Below are positions 61,901 to 64,000 of a stretch of 64,000 nt of DNA, in pieces. Position 1 is the stretch's first letter. Each line of letters starts with the position of its first letter. The DNA comes from Deltaproteobacteria bacterium (GTDB lineage Bacteria; Myxococcota_A; Polyangia; Polyangiales; Houyiibacteriaceae): contig JAXMNT010000003.1 of NCBI GenBank assembly GCA_034670305.1, forward strand, positions 160,001 to 224,000, read 5' to 3'. The translations under genes were made by a program, and so were the position numbers. The notes under the pieces were generated by a model. The model was not told where the DNA came from and searched no databases. It saw nothing but the letters and a program-made list of their open reading frames with translations.

Positions 61901-63532
61901 ATGGCGTCGAGACAGCGGGTGGTTGGGGCGGGTGGGACGGGGCGACCAGGCGTGGCGCCTTCGTGCGAGGCGTGTCTCGACGGACGGCGCGACGCCAAGA
62001 AGCGAGACAAGAGGGGAGGCGCCGCCCACCCGCAGCGCAGCTTCGTCGGAGCGCTCGGCACGGGGTGCGCGCTGCTCGGTCTGCTTGCGTTCGGGCTCTT
62101 CGTGGCGCCGGCGGGACGAACCGGTTCGGCGCAGCCGGCAGTCGACTCGGCGGGCGTGGTGGGGTGGCACGTTCGGCTTGCCCGAGGGTGGTTGCGGACA
62201 CCGGCTGTGGCGGACGGACGAGTCTTCGTAGGCGGCGGGATCGGGAGCCGGTCGTTCTTTGCATTCGATGCGCGCACGGGCGCACGGCTGTGGGAGGCGA
62301 CCGTCAGCGACGTGGGCCCAACGGCGGCGCTGGTCCACGGCGGGCGCGTGGTGTTCGGCTCGGAGAGTTGCCACGTGCATGTGCTCGACGCGGAGACGGG
62401 AGAGGTGCTGTGGGAGCGGGTGCTCGGGGATCCGATCACCGCTGCGCCGGCGATCGCGGACGGACGCATCTTCGAGGTCTATCCCGGCCCGCGAGGCTGG
62501 GCGGTGGCGGCGCTGGCGCTCGACGACGGCACGCCGCTCTGGTCGACGACGATCGGGCACAACGCGATCGACGCACCGGTCGTGAAGGGCGGCGTGGTCT
62601 ACCTGACGCTGACGCAGGGCGATGTGGTGGCGCTCGACGCGCGCACGGGCCGGGTGCGGTGGCGGGCGGCGGCCGACGCGATCGGGGCGCCGTCGATCGG
62701 CGACAACGAGGTGCGGGTGGTGCGGTGGAAACGCGAGGGCGGCGTCTTCTACAGCCGCGAGGTGCAGGTGTTCGGTCAGGAGTTGGGACGCCGGGTGCTT
62801 TTCGAGGCACTGAGCGCGCGGTTGGCCGAGCTGACGGGGTGTGGCTGGAACGAACCGGTGCGGACCGAAGTGCGCGTCGATCCGGATGGCACGCTGCACG
62901 CGGACCTCGAACATTTGAACGATGCGGTGCGCGCCTGTCTGGCGCCGGTGTTCTCGGCAGCGAAGATCGACCCCATCGGCGCGCACGCGATGTTCCAGGT
63001 GGACCTCAGTCGCGGGCACCAGGAGGTGGTGCGACTCGACCGGGCGACCGGCGCGATGCGTGGTTCGCTCGGCGCGCTGGCGCTCGGCACCGTGCCGACG
63101 ATCGCGGCGCGGAGCGGAGGCAACTGGTTCTGGCACTACGAGGGGCCGCGGGTGGTGCGCGATGGCGCCGCGCAGTTCGAACTGCTCGGCGACACGCTCC
63201 GTGTGCGGGAGGACGTCTCGGTGCTGGGCGCCGATCGGGTCCGGTGGGCACACCGAGAACGCGGTGGCGCGTCGTTGCCGGCGCTGACCGGCGAGCACGT
63301 GGTGTTCGGGACGGGAGGCGGCGAGCTCGTGGTGCGGGAGCGCGGCTCCGGGAGAGAGGTGCGCCGGGTTCGGGTGGGACACGCGATCGGGTCGCAGCCG
63401 GTGATCGACAAGGGCTGGGTCTACGCGACCACCCGGGACGGCTTGCTGGTGGCGCGCGCAATGCGCGACCTGCTCGACCCCTCGGAGCGCTACCCGATGT
63501 GGGGCGGTTCGGTCTCCCGCAACGGACGCTGA
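61901..63532 (+). CDS. PQQ-like beta-propeller repeat protein
   Basis: [33 protein letters not shown] repeats; start uncertain. Confidence 0.82.
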   Translation: MASRQRVVGAGGTGRPGVAPSCEACLDGRRDAKKRDKRGGAAHPQRSFVGALGTGCALLGLLAFGLFVAPAGRTGSAQPAVDSAGVVGWHVRLARGWLRTPAVADGRVFVGGGIGSRSFFAFDARTGARLWEATVSDVGPTAALVHGGRVVFGSESCHVHVLDAETGEVLWERVLGDPITAAPAIADGRIFEVYPGPRGWAVAALALDDGTPLWSTTIGHNAIDAPVVKGGVVYLTLTQGDVVALDARTGRVRWRAAADAIGAPSIGDNEVRVVRWKREGGVFYSREVQVFGQELGRRVLFEALSARLAELTGCGWNEPVRTEVRVDPDGTLHADLEHLNDAVRACLAPVFSAAKIDPIGAHAMFQVDLSRGHQEVVRLDRATGAMRGSLGALALGTVPTIAARSGGNWFWHYEGPRVVRDGAAQFELLGDTLRVREDVSVLGADRVRWAHRERGGASLPALTGEHVVFGTGGGELVVRERGSGREVRRVRVGHAIGSQPVIDKGWVYATTRDGLLVARAMRDLLDPSERYPMWGGSVSRNGR

Positions 63533-63541
63533 AATGGCGTC

Positions 63542-63782
63542 CGATTCGGGGTCGGCATCGGCATCGGCGTCGGCTTCGGATTCGGCTTCGGATTCGGCAT
63601 CGGCATCGACCTCGGCATCGGCTTCGGATTCGGCATCGGCTTCGGCATCGACATCAGATTCGGATTCGGATTCGGCTTCGGGGTCGGCATCGGCTTCGGC
63701 ATCGGCTTCGGCATCGGCATCGGATTCGGGGTCGGCTTTGGATTCGGCATCGGCTTCGGGGTCGGCTTCGGCTTCGGCTTCG
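63542..63782. repeat. intergenic hexamer microsatellite (tcggca/tcggct/tcggat)n, about 40 units
   Basis: Read directly from the sequence; lies between convergent genes. Confidence 0.92.
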
Positions 63783-63792
63783 TCGCAGTCCG

Positions 63793-63999
63793 CTACCAGG
63801 GCACGCCCACGGTGAGCGACCCCCAGTGGTGGCTGCGCGGATGAAACGGCGCGTCGGGCGCGTCGAACGTGCGGGTCTGGCGGACGTGGCTGTAGCGGAC
63901 CCACGCACGTCGGCGGTGGAGCACGAACCCGAAGCGGAACGCGGCGACCCAGGCGCGCCGTTCGAGGTTCGGGACGACTTCGGCACCGTCGGCTTCGAC
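63793..63999 (-). CDS. 3' end of an LpxR-like (lipid A deacylase family) outer-membrane beta-barrel, partial
   Basis: Own translation, absent from the ORF track: ...WVAAFRFGFVLHRRRAWVRYSHVRQTRTFD...HHWGSLTVGVPW*; alternating strands and terminal aromatic residue. Confidence 0.6.
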   Translation of the reverse strand, partial: VEADGAEVVPNLERRAWVAAFRFGFVLHRRRAWVRYSHVRQTRTFDAPDAPFHPRSHHWGSLTVGVPW

Positions 64000-64000
64000 G

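Noticed and set aside
63534-63815. Ser/Ala/Asp-repeat ORF and its antisense readings
   Set aside because: Translations of the hexamer microsatellite; no evidence of coding

Overview
High-GC window whose gene repertoire (Cys-rich lipoproteins, Ser/Thr kinases, FHA, PilZ/EAL, ECF sigma) suggests a myxobacterium; this is inferred, not searched. About 1-32.6 kb is mostly core or lineage-typical: pgl-gnd/zwf, secreted Cys-rich lipoproteins, a diheme cytochrome c, an FHA/kinase pair, serA-like, a broken YHYH/ECF-sigma locus and a kinase-PilZ / PilZ-EAL / twin hybrid-kinase signalling operon. About 32.7-61.7 kb is an accessory conflict island that ends at a tRNA-Gly(CCC). It holds a run of immunity-like genes, a 2702-aa secreted SpvB/TcdB-Rhs polymorphic toxin with its immunity gene, an orphan Rhs toxin tip with its own immunity gene, ArdC, a PD-(D/E)XK-like nuclease and a RavA-like ATPase. 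The most unusual signal is a family of long (436-529 aa) HUH tyrosine (RAYT/TnpA-like) transposases. There are two near-identical 1676-bp units bounded by 19-bp non-palindromic inverted repeats, one diverged full copy and at least four fragments. Their ends sit at nearly every gene break in the island, including the start of the orphan toxin cassette. Their conserved 3' trailer has a hairpin whose substitutions keep pairing on the sense strand only. All family calls come from reading motifs by eye; no searches were run. Several one-base frameshifts may be sequencing errors.
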